Source: Saprospiraceae bacterium (GTDB lineage Bacteria > Bacteroidota > Bacteroidia > Chitinophagales > Saprospiraceae). From it: DNA of 51,787 nucleotides. The translations under genes and the position numbers were made by a program. Each line of letters opens with the position of its first letter. Positions within the stretch are counted from its first letter, which is position 1. Where the stretch lies: contig JBFKOL010000001.1 in the NCBI GenBank assembly GCA_041628815.1, positions 1 through 51,787 on the forward strand. Reading direction: 5' to 3'. The notes beneath the pieces are model-generated. The model ran no database searches. It had not been told where the DNA came from and was given only the letters and a program-made list of their open reading frames with translations. Positions 28,701 to 37,258 of the stretch are shown one piece after another.

Positions 28701-28947
28701 AGGTGGAGCATCGGAAGGATCCTGGTCTACCAGTGGCGACGGAACCTTTAATGGTGGAGGTGTATTTACGACTTCCACAGCCTACATATTCGGGGCGAAT
28801 GACATAACCAATGGAACGGTAACGCTGACCTTGACTTCCGATGATCCGGCTGGACCGTGTCCTTCGGTGATTGATACGGTAGTCATCGCGATCAATGATG
28901 TTGAATGTGCCACCTTCCCATGGAATGGTGTTGACGAACGCGAATAA
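25771..28947 (+). CDS. giant secreted repeat protein B (Ig-like domain plus six ~100-aa PKD-like tandem repeats; no recognisable T9SS tail)
   Basis: 1058-aa ORF with signal peptide ...ILWYGQQAHAQ and an Ig-like segment (ALEYQWQEDSGSGFTNV...DSGNMYRVIITL). Six repeats lie between 26791 and 28599, each framed by xPEP(V/L), an early VCS/ACS Cys and a late (D/G)xC(x)GD. The protein ends ...VECATFPWNGVDERE. Confidence 0.8.
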   Translation: MSFIISQSSAGIRIVLGIIVILWYGQQAHAQITANASCETVTNSEEYVVKFRNLPAGTYRVWIDNALDTTIIATLLADSSYSTSQAFLDGTKTLAVRLIDITVPLTPDTTDFVVHEALCIDADGDDVFDFNKATCDYTMPLPTNGVIVSTVAPYNTSNVYLYVLADSNGVVQSAAQNYKGHFTGLENGVYQVHAYNFLDTAEANQFLDSLTVGVTDLDGFNVSSPACYNWCGSASYTVDCECLINIDADPVDVTVCPESDGEFFVVTSIGPPLPDGAALEYQWQEDSGSGFTNVADTDSILNLTNIAFADSGNMYRVIITLDVGGTDICLDTSVAATLHVYPDPVLASDLDNMVCSDEPGGIILAVAAGSVAADSFDIVSITVPAGLTADAGNASTGRTAQANVLASDMFTNQTGFPDTVFYDVAPISGTDCVGDTTTVLLIVQPEPLFTSNLDDVACSAEPVGVVLPSKDDNGLTIDSFYVSLSIPGTLSAGTANSGPTKDTLFIASDNYSNLTDDVDTVIYTVAPFSDGCLGDSIIIKVAIKPEPVFAVNMSGVACSDSDIGVLLPLTDDSGLNISSFDIDTVYVGPGLVPVKSTTGGNMTTIDTIAGDMYTNTGLAVDSVIYSVIPYGDGCAGDTFSIVVTITPEPVGSDPTPVVCSDEALSINLHDLITNGSSVDSFFWQAADNANVDGETLTTSNDTIITDVLTNTTTTDQVVVYTVTPKSGDCIGDPFTVTVTVTPEPVVASFDLMVCSDELSGILLPDSSDNDLDIDSFTITAVVGSNLVGIATQGTGMTALDTLAGDSFTNNASAENDSVIYTVTPFSGGCEGDPFTITLIVKPEPVLNSPALDVTVCSQSATGVTMAVTATSIAATSYNIVAIDSSTINSAGGSPGTGITSDAAEISDDIWVNTSGSPVVVTYYVSPISAEGCVGDTATIQVTVNPEVLVDAGTKSGPVCSNMDSIMFVDFDIIPAIGGGASEGSWSTSGDGTFNGGGVFTTSTAYIFGANDITNGTVTLTLTSDDPAGPCPSVIDTVVIAINDVECATFPWNGVDERE

Positions 28948-28968
28948 TTCGCGGCATAAAAGGATACA

Positions 28969-28996
28969 GCGGTAAGGGCTCAGATGCCCTTACCGC
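28969..28996 (+). other. strong intergenic hairpin between giant genes B and C (no U-tract)
   Basis: GCGGTAAGGGC-tcagat-GCCCTTACCGC forms a perfect 11-bp stem. It begins 22 nt after the B stop and ends 24 nt before the C start. Confidence 0.5.
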
Positions 28997-29019
28997 ACTT
29001 AAAATAAGGAAACTACATT

Positions 29020-32000
29020 ATGAGGGCAGCACATGTCCTTGCGAGGAGACTACATTTGTGTATTATCATCATGTCCGTTACGATATGGTGTGCCGGACAA
29101 GACTTGTACGACCAGGTTTCGTACGAAGTTTTCCCATCATGCACAGGCGTCAAGCCTGCCATCCAGGACCATTACTACATCAAAGTCCGTATAAACGAAA
29201 TCCATAATTCCGACGAAAGTTTCGAGGTGTTGGTGAATGGGACCAGGGAGCTGCAGTTTTATGTACAAGCATCATCTTTGCCCTTTACCCGGGAGATAGG
29301 CCCCTATCCACACAGTGGTACAGGAGGTTTTTACAACAACGTAGTCCTCAGGTCATTGGATTCCGGTTTATCAGATGACCTCTTGGTAGGGGAAGTCGCC
29401 TGCGGATACAAAACACATCTCGGTGATAATATGCCAGGCTACCAGTGCACCCATGAGCAATACGACTTTATAGCCCAGATCGCACCAGAAATCGTTACTG
29501 ATACAGAGATGCCAGAAAAGCAAACTGTTTTCGTCCTGGTAGATGTGAGTTCTAATATCGTGCAAAGAATCAATAAATCAGGTCTGTTCAAGGACTTGAC
29601 TGACCTGATAGAGTATGAGGTGCACGCATTTTCAGTCCCTTACGACTATGCCGATTCATTCATTGCATCGATTCTTCCTGGACTACCCCTGAATTCGGAA
29701 GCACCGGAAACTTGCTACGCTTTTTGCGGTGTTTTCTCCGCTTATATGGACTGTTCTTCCTTTGACCTGGCACTTTCCAAGGAGTTGGCTGATCCTGCTA
29801 TCATTAGGCTGGGCGATACTGTTACCTATGCGCTAACCGTCTTCAATGAAGGACTGGTCACGGCCTACGATATCGTCCTGAGAGACATGATTCCAGAAGG
29901 GCTGTCTTTTATTCCGTCTCTCAACCCTGGGTGGAATGATGATTTGGAATACCATTCCATTGACAGTATTGCCCCGGGCAAGTCTGAAATCGTTTATCTG
30001 TCCTTGTCGGTGGACTTGGTCAGCCCGTTTGTTCAGATAGTGAATGGGGCAGAAATCGTTTTTGGGACGAGGGTCAATGATTCAACGATTCCAACTTTTG
30101 ATGTTGATAGCACTCCGGGAAATGAAGCGATCGAAGAAGATGATCAGGACGAGGTAGAAATCATGGTACTGGAGAATTTGTGCAATGAAACCTTCGATGT
30201 GGGTTACTATGTCCATCCGCCCTGTGTGGATGGAGCCGAAATACGCATCGATGCGATGGTCTATCGCGCAACGTTTCCAATGACCTATGTTTGGGTGAAA
30301 GACGGCAAAATCGTATCATCGGATTCTACCTTACTCATTTCGGACCCTCAACCTCAGGATTATGGTCAATACGGCCTCACAATCCTGGATAAAAATGGTT
30401 GTCAATCAAGCACCTTGATTAATTTCGAGCCCATAGGTAGAGAACCATTTGCCTGTATCAATGAAGTGAATCTCTCCGTGAGCGAGATGTGTGGTGTAGA
30501 ACTAAAATTGTCGTCACTTATTTCGAAAAAAGTCTCTGGGCTTGACCATTACCACTACGAGGTTACAGACCAATATGGAAATGAAGTCGACCTCGAAGAC
30601 TTAAGTGATTACGGGGACGGCGATCAACTTACTATGAGGATCATCAATCCGTGTAGTGGTGCGACAGTATGCTGGATACGACTCAATATAGAATTCAAGC
30701 TTGAACCCCGATTCGCCCTTTATGATGATCCTGTAGTTCTTTCATGTCTTGAAATAAACGGTTATGATGCCTCTTCAGTGATAGCTTCAGCCAACAGCAG
30801 CGGCTTAAACGTACTTTCGGCAGATGGATTTCGTGCAGAGATGGAAGCCCAAACCTGCATAGCCGGATGGGATGTGTTGGCCGTAGACGCTTTTGATGGT
30901 GAATACAACGTCTGCGGCAATAATGTAGCGATGCGTATTTATATCGCCAGCAATGGCCTTGAAAGCTACGCCTTGGATACGGCCTATGTGGTCGTGAACC
31001 CATTGAATATTGACGAACTGATTATTCCTGCCGATCAAAGCAATATATCCTGTACTTCTCCTTTGGATCCCGGTTCTATTCTTGCGGATATCGGCTATGT
31101 CGTAAGCGGTGACACACTGCCATTATCCATCGAGGAGGTCCAATTTGAAAACGGATTAGCTACCCTACATTGTAACCTCGGTATTTCCTACAGTGATCTT
31201 TTGATAACCTCCAATTGTACTTTTGGAGCCAATAAATTTTTGCGTACCTGGAGAATAATTGATTGGTGTTCAGATGCGGTAAGGAGCGAAGATCAATTCA
31301 TTTTCGTCATCGACGAAGAAAGCCCGGAATTAACCACCATACCAGGGGATACCATTCGCATTATGACTGCTCCTTACCTTTGCCGTACGGATGTAGACCT
31401 GGGCGCTCTTCTATTTGTCCATGACCATTGCGATCCGGATCCAGTAGCAGGAATTTCGGGTGAATTGGGAGTTGACTTGAAGGGCCAGGTCAGTGATGTT
31501 CCTCTTGGAACCTATGAGATGGTCCTTTATGCAGAAGATGCATGCCACAACAGGGCCGAGCATTCGTTTGTACTCGTCGTGGAAGAAGCTGATCCTCCTG
31601 CCGTTGTCTTGCTTGAATACCTCGTGGTCACCTTGCACTCTTCACAAACGCTTGATGGTGTATGGATCGAGGCGGGTGAATTTGACGCCGGCAGTCACGA
31701 TTTTGGTTGTGGTGATGTGACTTTCCAGGTTGCCAGGGCATCCGATCTTGTATGGGTTGATATTCCTACTGATGATATAGATATTGCCTTGGGGTGTGAT
31801 AGAGATCCAGCAATAGCGGATAGCGATGCGGATGGATTTCTTTCCGAGGAAGAAATTTTCAGTTCAAAACTACTTGTGTGTTGCATGGATATCGAAAGGC
31901 GGATACCCATAGTGGTAAGGGTTATAGATCGTCATGGCAGGTATGCCTCTGGTCAGGCCATTCTGCACGTTGAATACAAAGAAACGCCCGAAAAATGTGA

Positions 32001-33447
32001 TGACGGAAATCCATGTACCGTAGAGGATGTTCAATATGGGGAATGCCCCTGCAGCGGCAAACCTGATGTGCGAGATTATGATGCGGATGGAATTCCGGAC
32101 TGCCAAGACGATGCAATTTTCATTTGTTATGACGATACGACCCGGTCTGTTACTATGGATGAAGCTGCACATCTCCTTTTGTTAGGGGGAGTGCCGGGGC
32201 CTTGTTCTTCCGACTCACTGGTCGCTTCTATTGCAGGCGAGGTGTATACTCTTTACGGAGAAATGATATCCGGAGTTGTTTTGGACAATTCCGGAAGGGA
32301 TCAATACAGGACTGCGAACGATGGCAAGTATCTCTTCGAGAATATTCAGATGTACCAGGATTATACCATTACAGCCCTTTTGGATGAAGATCCGTTAAAT
32401 GGTGTGTCTGCAATTGACCTCGTAAAGATACAGGAGCATGTTTTAGGTCTGCGCAAATTGGATCACCCACTTAAAGTCATTGCGGCAGATGCCAATGGGG
32501 ACGGCAGGGTATCTGCCTTGGACCTTATAGAATTGCGCTCTGCGATTCTCGGTATTACCGATCGATTCAGAAGCAATACCTCTTGGCGTTTTATAGTAGC
32601 ACGCGATGCACCAACGGAAATGGATTACATATTCCCTTTCACCGAAGTGCTTGAAATCCGGTCGCTGGATAGAAATCGTATGCAAGAAGACTGGATAGGC
32701 ATCAAAATCGGTGACGTGACCGGCGATGCAGATCCTGACAATTATAAATCAAAGTCCCGTAATACAAGAACGCTGACCTTGGCCGTGCCTAATATTAATT
32801 TGAAAGCTGGAAGTGAACATAGAATCCAGGTGTTTATCCAGAACGATTTTGAACTCGAGGGGCTACAATTTGAGCTGGAAATTGGAAACCTGGAGTTGAT
32901 TTCCCTTCAGTCGGGTCAGCTGGATATTGGTACCGACTTATTCGCCTACCATGAAGAATCTTCAAGGGCCATCAGTTTTGTTTGGCACACGCCGATGACC
33001 GTAAAAGACGATGTTCCGTTGTTTGACTTGATCCTAAAAACTAATCGCGAAAGTTATGTGCGTGATGAACTCAAAATTGCGGAAAAGCATACGCCCACCA
33101 TGGTCTATGGGGCATCGGGTGAAGTGCTTGGATTGGATCTCTATTTCACAGACGAGTCTTTTAATCATTCAAATGACAACGAGATCACATTGCATCAGAA
33201 CAAACCCAATCCTTTCAATGGAATGACGACAATCGACTTTTCTCTCCGGTCACCAGCAACCGTTCAATTAGATTTTTATAATCTGGCCGGTGAATTGATT
33301 CATCAATCGTCCGGTGACTACGGTATCGGGACTCATGCTATTCAGGTCACTGAAGCTGACCTGAAAAATACAACAGGCGTGATCTATTACCAGATCTCGG
33401 CGCTTGGTCAGAAAATTACAAGAAGCATGATTGTTGGTGTGCGATGA
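29020..33447 (+). CDS. giant T9SS-secreted surface protein C (B-like N-terminal domain, DUF11-type repeat domain, HYR-like modules, dockerin-like and cohesin-like segments, type-A Por C-terminal sorting domain)
   Basis: 1475-aa ORF with a signal peptide. The DUF11-type pattern is DLALSKEL....LGDTVTYALTVFNEG...AYDIVLRDMIPEGLSF...DVDSTPGNEAIEEDDQDEVEI. It also contains FLRTWRIIDWC and ADANGDGRVSALDLIELRSAILG. The tail is LHQNKPNPFNGMTTIDFSL...LDFYNLAGELI...GVIYYQI. Confidence 0.8.
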   Translation: MRAAHVLARRLHLCIIIMSVTIWCAGQDLYDQVSYEVFPSCTGVKPAIQDHYYIKVRINEIHNSDESFEVLVNGTRELQFYVQASSLPFTREIGPYPHSGTGGFYNNVVLRSLDSGLSDDLLVGEVACGYKTHLGDNMPGYQCTHEQYDFIAQIAPEIVTDTEMPEKQTVFVLVDVSSNIVQRINKSGLFKDLTDLIEYEVHAFSVPYDYADSFIASILPGLPLNSEAPETCYAFCGVFSAYMDCSSFDLALSKELADPAIIRLGDTVTYALTVFNEGLVTAYDIVLRDMIPEGLSFIPSLNPGWNDDLEYHSIDSIAPGKSEIVYLSLSVDLVSPFVQIVNGAEIVFGTRVNDSTIPTFDVDSTPGNEAIEEDDQDEVEIMVLENLCNETFDVGYYVHPPCVDGAEIRIDAMVYRATFPMTYVWVKDGKIVSSDSTLLISDPQPQDYGQYGLTILDKNGCQSSTLINFEPIGREPFACINEVNLSVSEMCGVELKLSSLISKKVSGLDHYHYEVTDQYGNEVDLEDLSDYGDGDQLTMRIINPCSGATVCWIRLNIEFKLEPRFALYDDPVVLSCLEINGYDASSVIASANSSGLNVLSADGFRAEMEAQTCIAGWDVLAVDAFDGEYNVCGNNVAMRIYIASNGLESYALDTAYVVVNPLNIDELIIPADQSNISCTSPLDPGSILADIGYVVSGDTLPLSIEEVQFENGLATLHCNLGISYSDLLITSNCTFGANKFLRTWRIIDWCSDAVRSEDQFIFVIDEESPELTTIPGDTIRIMTAPYLCRTDVDLGALLFVHDHCDPDPVAGISGELGVDLKGQVSDVPLGTYEMVLYAEDACHNRAEHSFVLVVEEADPPAVVLLEYLVVTLHSSQTLDGVWIEAGEFDAGSHDFGCGDVTFQVARASDLVWVDIPTDDIDIALGCDRDPAIADSDADGFLSEEEIFSSKLLVCCMDIERRIPIVVRVIDRHGRYASGQAILHVEYKETPEKCDDGNPCTVEDVQYGECPCSGKPDVRDYDADGIPDCQDDAIFICYDDTTRSVTMDEAAHLLLLGGVPGPCSSDSLVASIAGEVYTLYGEMISGVVLDNSGRDQYRTANDGKYLFENIQMYQDYTITALLDEDPLNGVSAIDLVKIQEHVLGLRKLDHPLKVIAADANGDGRVSALDLIELRSAILGITDRFRSNTSWRFIVARDAPTEMDYIFPFTEVLEIRSLDRNRMQEDWIGIKIGDVTGDADPDNYKSKSRNTRTLTLAVPNINLKAGSEHRIQVFIQNDFELEGLQFELEIGNLELISLQSGQLDIGTDLFAYHEESSRAISFVWHTPMTVKDDVPLFDLILKTNRESYVRDELKIAEKHTPTMVYGASGEVLGLDLYFTDESFNHSNDNEITLHQNKPNPFNGMTTIDFSLRSPATVQLDFYNLAGELIHQSSGDYGIGTHAIQVTEADLKNTTGVIYYQISALGQKITRSMIVGVR

Positions 33448-33617
33448 TCGCCCCTGGCTGCTTATTCATGAGTGTAAAACAAAGATTTGTCCGGACTTTG
33501 GCCACTTGAAAACGGGCGGGTCAGTGAAGAGTAGTTTCATGGGTCAGGTGAAAATGTGAAAACCATTGCTTTCTTCTTCTTCGATTTCGCAGTATATTAT
33601 TCGACAAAGTTAATCCT

Positions 33618-33992
33618 ATGAAAACTCACCCACGTGAAATCCTGATATTCTATAACCCTGATTCGGCTTCTGATCGCAAGACGGTTGCCTATGCGAAGAG
33701 TGTTTCTCATCATGTAAAATCGTACAGTCACTCCCAGGCCAATGCTACCCCTACCTTATGGAAAGGTATCCTCGACAAACTTGGCTTAGAGCCTAAAAAG
33801 TTGTTTAATAAGGCACTTCCCGAATATCAAAATACGCTTAAAGGCAGAGAATTTAGCATGGAGGGCTGGCTGGATGTCATCCGCAAGAATCCTCACCTGC
33901 TTCGTGCTCCCATCGCTGTCCGGGGTGACAAAGCGGTTTTATGTGAAAGCCCGACGGACATTTTGCGACTTCACTCATTGGAAGAAGATTGA
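33618..33992 (+). CDS. ArsC/Spx/MgsR-family thioredoxin-fold protein lacking the N-terminal catalytic Cys
   Basis: 124-aa ORF with the family layout ILIFYNP.S.SDRKT.AYAK ... LFNK..PEY..L......S.E.WL..I..NP.LLRAPI.V.G.KAVLC..P.DIL. Ser occupies the usual Cys position. Confidence 0.6.
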   Translation: MKTHPREILIFYNPDSASDRKTVAYAKSVSHHVKSYSHSQANATPTLWKGILDKLGLEPKKLFNKALPEYQNTLKGREFSMEGWLDVIRKNPHLLRAPIAVRGDKAVLCESPTDILRLHSLEED

Positions 33993-35851
33993 AACTCCTC
34001 GCAGGTCTCTATCTGTATACGGAGTTCAGAACCATTATCAACGGTAAATCCATTGTCCAGCCTCAGACCAGATGCTGATGAAAGTAGGGCACTGGCGGTG
34101 TTGGTGATGAGACCGTCATATTGCCAGTCGCTGTCTGAATGATATCCACTGTCATTTGTAATAATAGCAGGTGCGGATGCCGCATTCTCACAGATGTTGT
34201 CTGAAGGAGTAAACCTATATTCAAAATCAAAACCTTCTTCAGCCCAGCGGTCGTCCCATTCGATATAGTAGGTCTTGCCAGCCTCGACGGGCTGTTCTTC
34301 AATGATAGATGCATAGTGATAACCATTCGATGAAATGCAATCATCATCACTTGAAGCCACCAGGGTCAGGTCTTCGCAGGGCCCTTCGTAAAGAAACAAG
34401 CGCGTATCTACGCCCTGGCCACAACTCCTTATATGCAACGTACCGTTGGCGGGGATCGAAATATAATACCAGTTAGCATGCCGGGCGGGAGGATGGGTAG
34501 CTCCTTCGCCAAAAGAAGGTCCAATGGCAACTTGAGTCCCGCTGCCTGTGAGTTCTTCGGCAAGGCTGCAGATGAACCCCTGGTAATCCTGGCAGGAACC
34601 CATCGCGTTGCGAATCAAATCACCCGGTTCTGACCCGAAACCCAGGCTAAAATTGATGCCCGCTTCGGTGGTGTGACAATAGCTCATTATGGTGCCACCG
34701 TTTAAAGGAGAAGGTCCCGGAGCACAACTTCCACCCGTGGCGCAGTCGTCCAATGCTGAATCCTCCCCTGGCCCCCAGACACAATCGTGGGTGTGTGGTG
34801 ATCCGAGGTTGTGCCCCAACTCATGGGCTACGACATGGACATCCCACGAATAGGTCATGCCAGTCTCGAAATGACCTTCTATATTCGCATAGCTGTGTGC
34901 AGTGGATTTATTGCACAAAGTGTTGATTACAGCCTGACCGCCATTGTTGTTAGGAGACCCAGACATTAAGTGCGCCAATTGCCCATTAAACTGGGAGCCC
35001 AGGTATTGCTGAAAACTTACCAAAGCATCACCAGCACTTGCATCACTATAAGGATCCTCTATATCCCATATCCTGTAATCCGAAATCTGTAACACAATCG
35101 ACTCATTGTAATAGATGGCTGCCACTTCGTTTACCAGACCAAGCATGTAATCCCTGGTTTCATTGATTGAAGCATTGTTGTTCAAAAACATTGCATAGTC
35201 ACATTCGATATAGACATAAAGCGTATCGTATGAGGTGTTAGCGGACTTAACTACGGATCCGGACTTTGAAGTTGTATCGACATGATGATTTTCAGTGTTT
35301 GTATGGCAATTAAATGAATGGCGAGACTGATCTGGCTGTTCCTTGAAAAACAGGGATTCACTGGATCGATTGTCTGATGGTGTTATCAGGTAGTGACCCG
35401 TTTCGTCGGCAAGTAGGCCGCTGATACCTGAAGTTGTGATGTTCAAGGAGACCATAGAATTGGGTTTATCTTTCAGGACGCCGTGGTAAAACACATTTAA
35501 CCCGGATGGATGAGATGACGGTAGTAAATCGAAGCGTTTAAGCCAAAGCTCCATTTGTTTGTCTTGATAAATGACAGGCAAGAGAATTTCAAGGACTTCG
35601 GGCTTAGTCTTTTGGATGTTTTCCTTTACGGAAGATTGTATTTCTAATGAGATCGTAGCAGTTTCAGGGCCCCGATCTTCAAGATGCAAGGATTTCACCT
35701 GGCGAAAAAGAGGGTAAGATTTAGATTTGGCAAGACCGCGATGTGCCAAGATCTCACGATACAGGTTTTGTGCATTGGTGGGTGCAGCGATGATGAACGC
35801 TGCAGCCAGTATTCCTATGACATAAAGTTTGCCATGGATTGTTGATTTCAT
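33971..35851 (-). CDS. secreted zinc metalloprotease (metzincin, reprolysin/M12B-like) with C-terminal accessory domains
   Basis: 626-aa ORF with a signal peptide and an HExxHxxGxxH motif (VVAHELGHNLGSPHTHD). The C-terminal beta-rich regions end in ...GLRLDNGFTVDNGSELRIQIETC. The 3' end overlaps the convergent ArsC-like gene by 22 bp. Confidence 0.8.
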   Translation of the reverse strand: MKSTIHGKLYVIGILAAAFIIAAPTNAQNLYREILAHRGLAKSKSYPLFRQVKSLHLEDRGPETATISLEIQSSVKENIQKTKPEVLEILLPVIYQDKQMELWLKRFDLLPSSHPSGLNVFYHGVLKDKPNSMVSLNITTSGISGLLADETGHYLITPSDNRSSESLFFKEQPDQSRHSFNCHTNTENHHVDTTSKSGSVVKSANTSYDTLYVYIECDYAMFLNNNASINETRDYMLGLVNEVAAIYYNESIVLQISDYRIWDIEDPYSDASAGDALVSFQQYLGSQFNGQLAHLMSGSPNNNGGQAVINTLCNKSTAHSYANIEGHFETGMTYSWDVHVVAHELGHNLGSPHTHDCVWGPGEDSALDDCATGGSCAPGPSPLNGGTIMSYCHTTEAGINFSLGFGSEPGDLIRNAMGSCQDYQGFICSLAEELTGSGTQVAIGPSFGEGATHPPARHANWYYISIPANGTLHIRSCGQGVDTRLFLYEGPCEDLTLVASSDDDCISSNGYHYASIIEEQPVEAGKTYYIEWDDRWAEEGFDFEYRFTPSDNICENAASAPAIITNDSGYHSDSDWQYDGLITNTASALLSSASGLRLDNGFTVDNGSELRIQIETCEEFQSSSNE

Positions 35852-36082
35852 CTCGTTTTTCTCAGGGTTCGCAATGGTAGATTGCCTCCTGGAAAATTGG
35901 GGTTGGTTATGCTACTGGGTCATTAATGATGAACCTGTATTATGTTGACTGTTTTTGCAGTTGTCATCACATGTTTTACTCAGGTGTTTTTGTAAGGTGA
36001 CTGACAGATTGCCGATGTTCCTGAGTCTTCACGGTTTTATTGAGAGGTTGAAACATGAGTGGGTAATATGCGTTTTTAAGGG

Positions 36083-36634
36083 ATGAGGCGTCTATTTATG
36101 GCGGTGTTGTCCGTGGTTTTTTGTACACAAGTCGTTTGCGCACAATTCATTGTTACGAACGTCAATGCCGTCTGGGATGACGACTTCACCCAGTGGGAGA
36201 TCACGTGTTTTGGCGAAGAAGAACTGGACATTACGGGCACCTTGTCTCTGCGATGGCCGCTGCAACGCAACTGGCAAGAATGGATTTATCAATTTGAGGA
36301 GTATTCAGGTTTTATTCGTACCAAGTGGCCGGGCAACCTGAACGAATGGGAGTTGCGTGGCAACAACAAAGTAATTGCTATCAGGTCAAGGTGGCGCAAT
36401 GATGTGAATGAATGGGTCACGATGGAAGGAGATCGAAGGATCCTGGTAGAAACGGAGTATACCAACAATGCAAATGTTTGGATGGCAGAATACAGAGGTC
36501 AAAAAATGGTCATTTATACGGAATACATCGATGATCCCAGAGACTGGATCGTAGAAGATAACATGCGCGATGTGAGCGTGGAACAAAAGATCGGCATGCT
36601 GTTTATAGCTCTTTTTCAGAGCATTCCGAAATGA
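36083..36634 (+). CDS. secreted hypothetical protein built of 22-residue Trp/Tyr-anchored repeats
   Basis: 183-aa ORF with signal peptide MRRLFMAVLSVVFCTQVVCAQ. Four exact-length 22-aa units are WPGNLNEWELRGNNKVIAIRSR, WRNDVNEWVTMEGDRRILVETE, YTNNANVWMAEYRGQKMVIYTE and YIDDPRDWIVEDNMRDVSVEQK, preceded by two looser units. Confidence 0.5.
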   Translation: MRRLFMAVLSVVFCTQVVCAQFIVTNVNAVWDDDFTQWEITCFGEEELDITGTLSLRWPLQRNWQEWIYQFEEYSGFIRTKWPGNLNEWELRGNNKVIAIRSRWRNDVNEWVTMEGDRRILVETEYTNNANVWMAEYRGQKMVIYTEYIDDPRDWIVEDNMRDVSVEQKIGMLFIALFQSIPK

Positions 36635-36700
36635 TGGAGTTTATAGCCGTAGCTGAAGTTACCTTAATGATGAAGTGAAAGTTTACGGACCTACCTTTGA

Positions 36701-37189
36701 TTAAGTCCGTTGCATTGCCTCTGATCCCCGTCCTATGACTTCAAGGATTTGGTCGGCATGACTCTTGGTAATGACTTTATCGATAATATGCGTTATCGTA
36801 CCATTTTCATCCAGTAGAAGCGTTGTACGATAGACACCTGTAATCTCTCTACCCATAAATTTTTTCGGTCCCCACAGGCCATATTTTTGGATGATTTCTT
36901 TCTCAGGATCTGCCACCAGGCTGTACTGGAATTCATATTTATCAATGAATTTTTTGTGCTTAGTGTATTTATCAGGACTGATGCCCAAAATTTCATATCC
37001 CTCTTTCCTGAGATTTTTATAACCATCACGAAGACTGCACGCTTCCTTGGTACAACTGGGAGAATCATCTTTTGGATAAAAAAACAAGATCATCTTTTTA
37101 CCCCTGTAATCTGAAAGTTTAACCACTTTTCCGTCCTCATTCTGGGCGGCAAAATCGGGGGCTTTATCTCCTACTTTTAATTTTTTCAT
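36701..37189 (-). CDS. bcp: thiol peroxidase / peroxiredoxin Bcp
   Basis: [51 protein letters not shown] is the canonical Bcp N-terminus with the peroxidatic Cys. I chose ATG at 37189 over the TTG-extended track ORF (37258). Confidence 0.9.
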   Translation of the reverse strand: MKKLKVGDKAPDFAAQNEDGKVVKLSDYRGKKMILFFYPKDDSPSCTKEACSLRDGYKNLRKEGYEILGISPDKYTKHKKFIDKYEFQYSLVADPEKEIIQKYGLWGPKKFMGREITGVYRTTLLLDENGTITHIIDKVITKSHADQILEVIGRGSEAMQRT

Positions 37190-37258
37190 GCCTAACCATT
37201 TAACAAGAAACCAACAAGAAATGCAATTGTTTAATTTATTTTGTAAAAAATTAAACAA

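Noticed and set aside
26475-28778. Series of 70-180-aa antisense ORFs inside giant gene B (for example 27657-28199), with similar ones inside genes A and C
   Set aside because: All lie fully within much longer ORFs that have recognisable domain repeats. They have low-complexity Ser/Thr/Val composition typical of antisense shadows.
37190-37258. 5' extensions in the ORF track for bcp (TTG 37258), iscS (GTG 40109) and iscU (41262)
   Set aside because: The extensions add non-homologous residues ahead of canonical family N-termini that begin at in-frame ATGs (37189, 40163, 41448). The iscU extension also overlaps the iscS 3' end.
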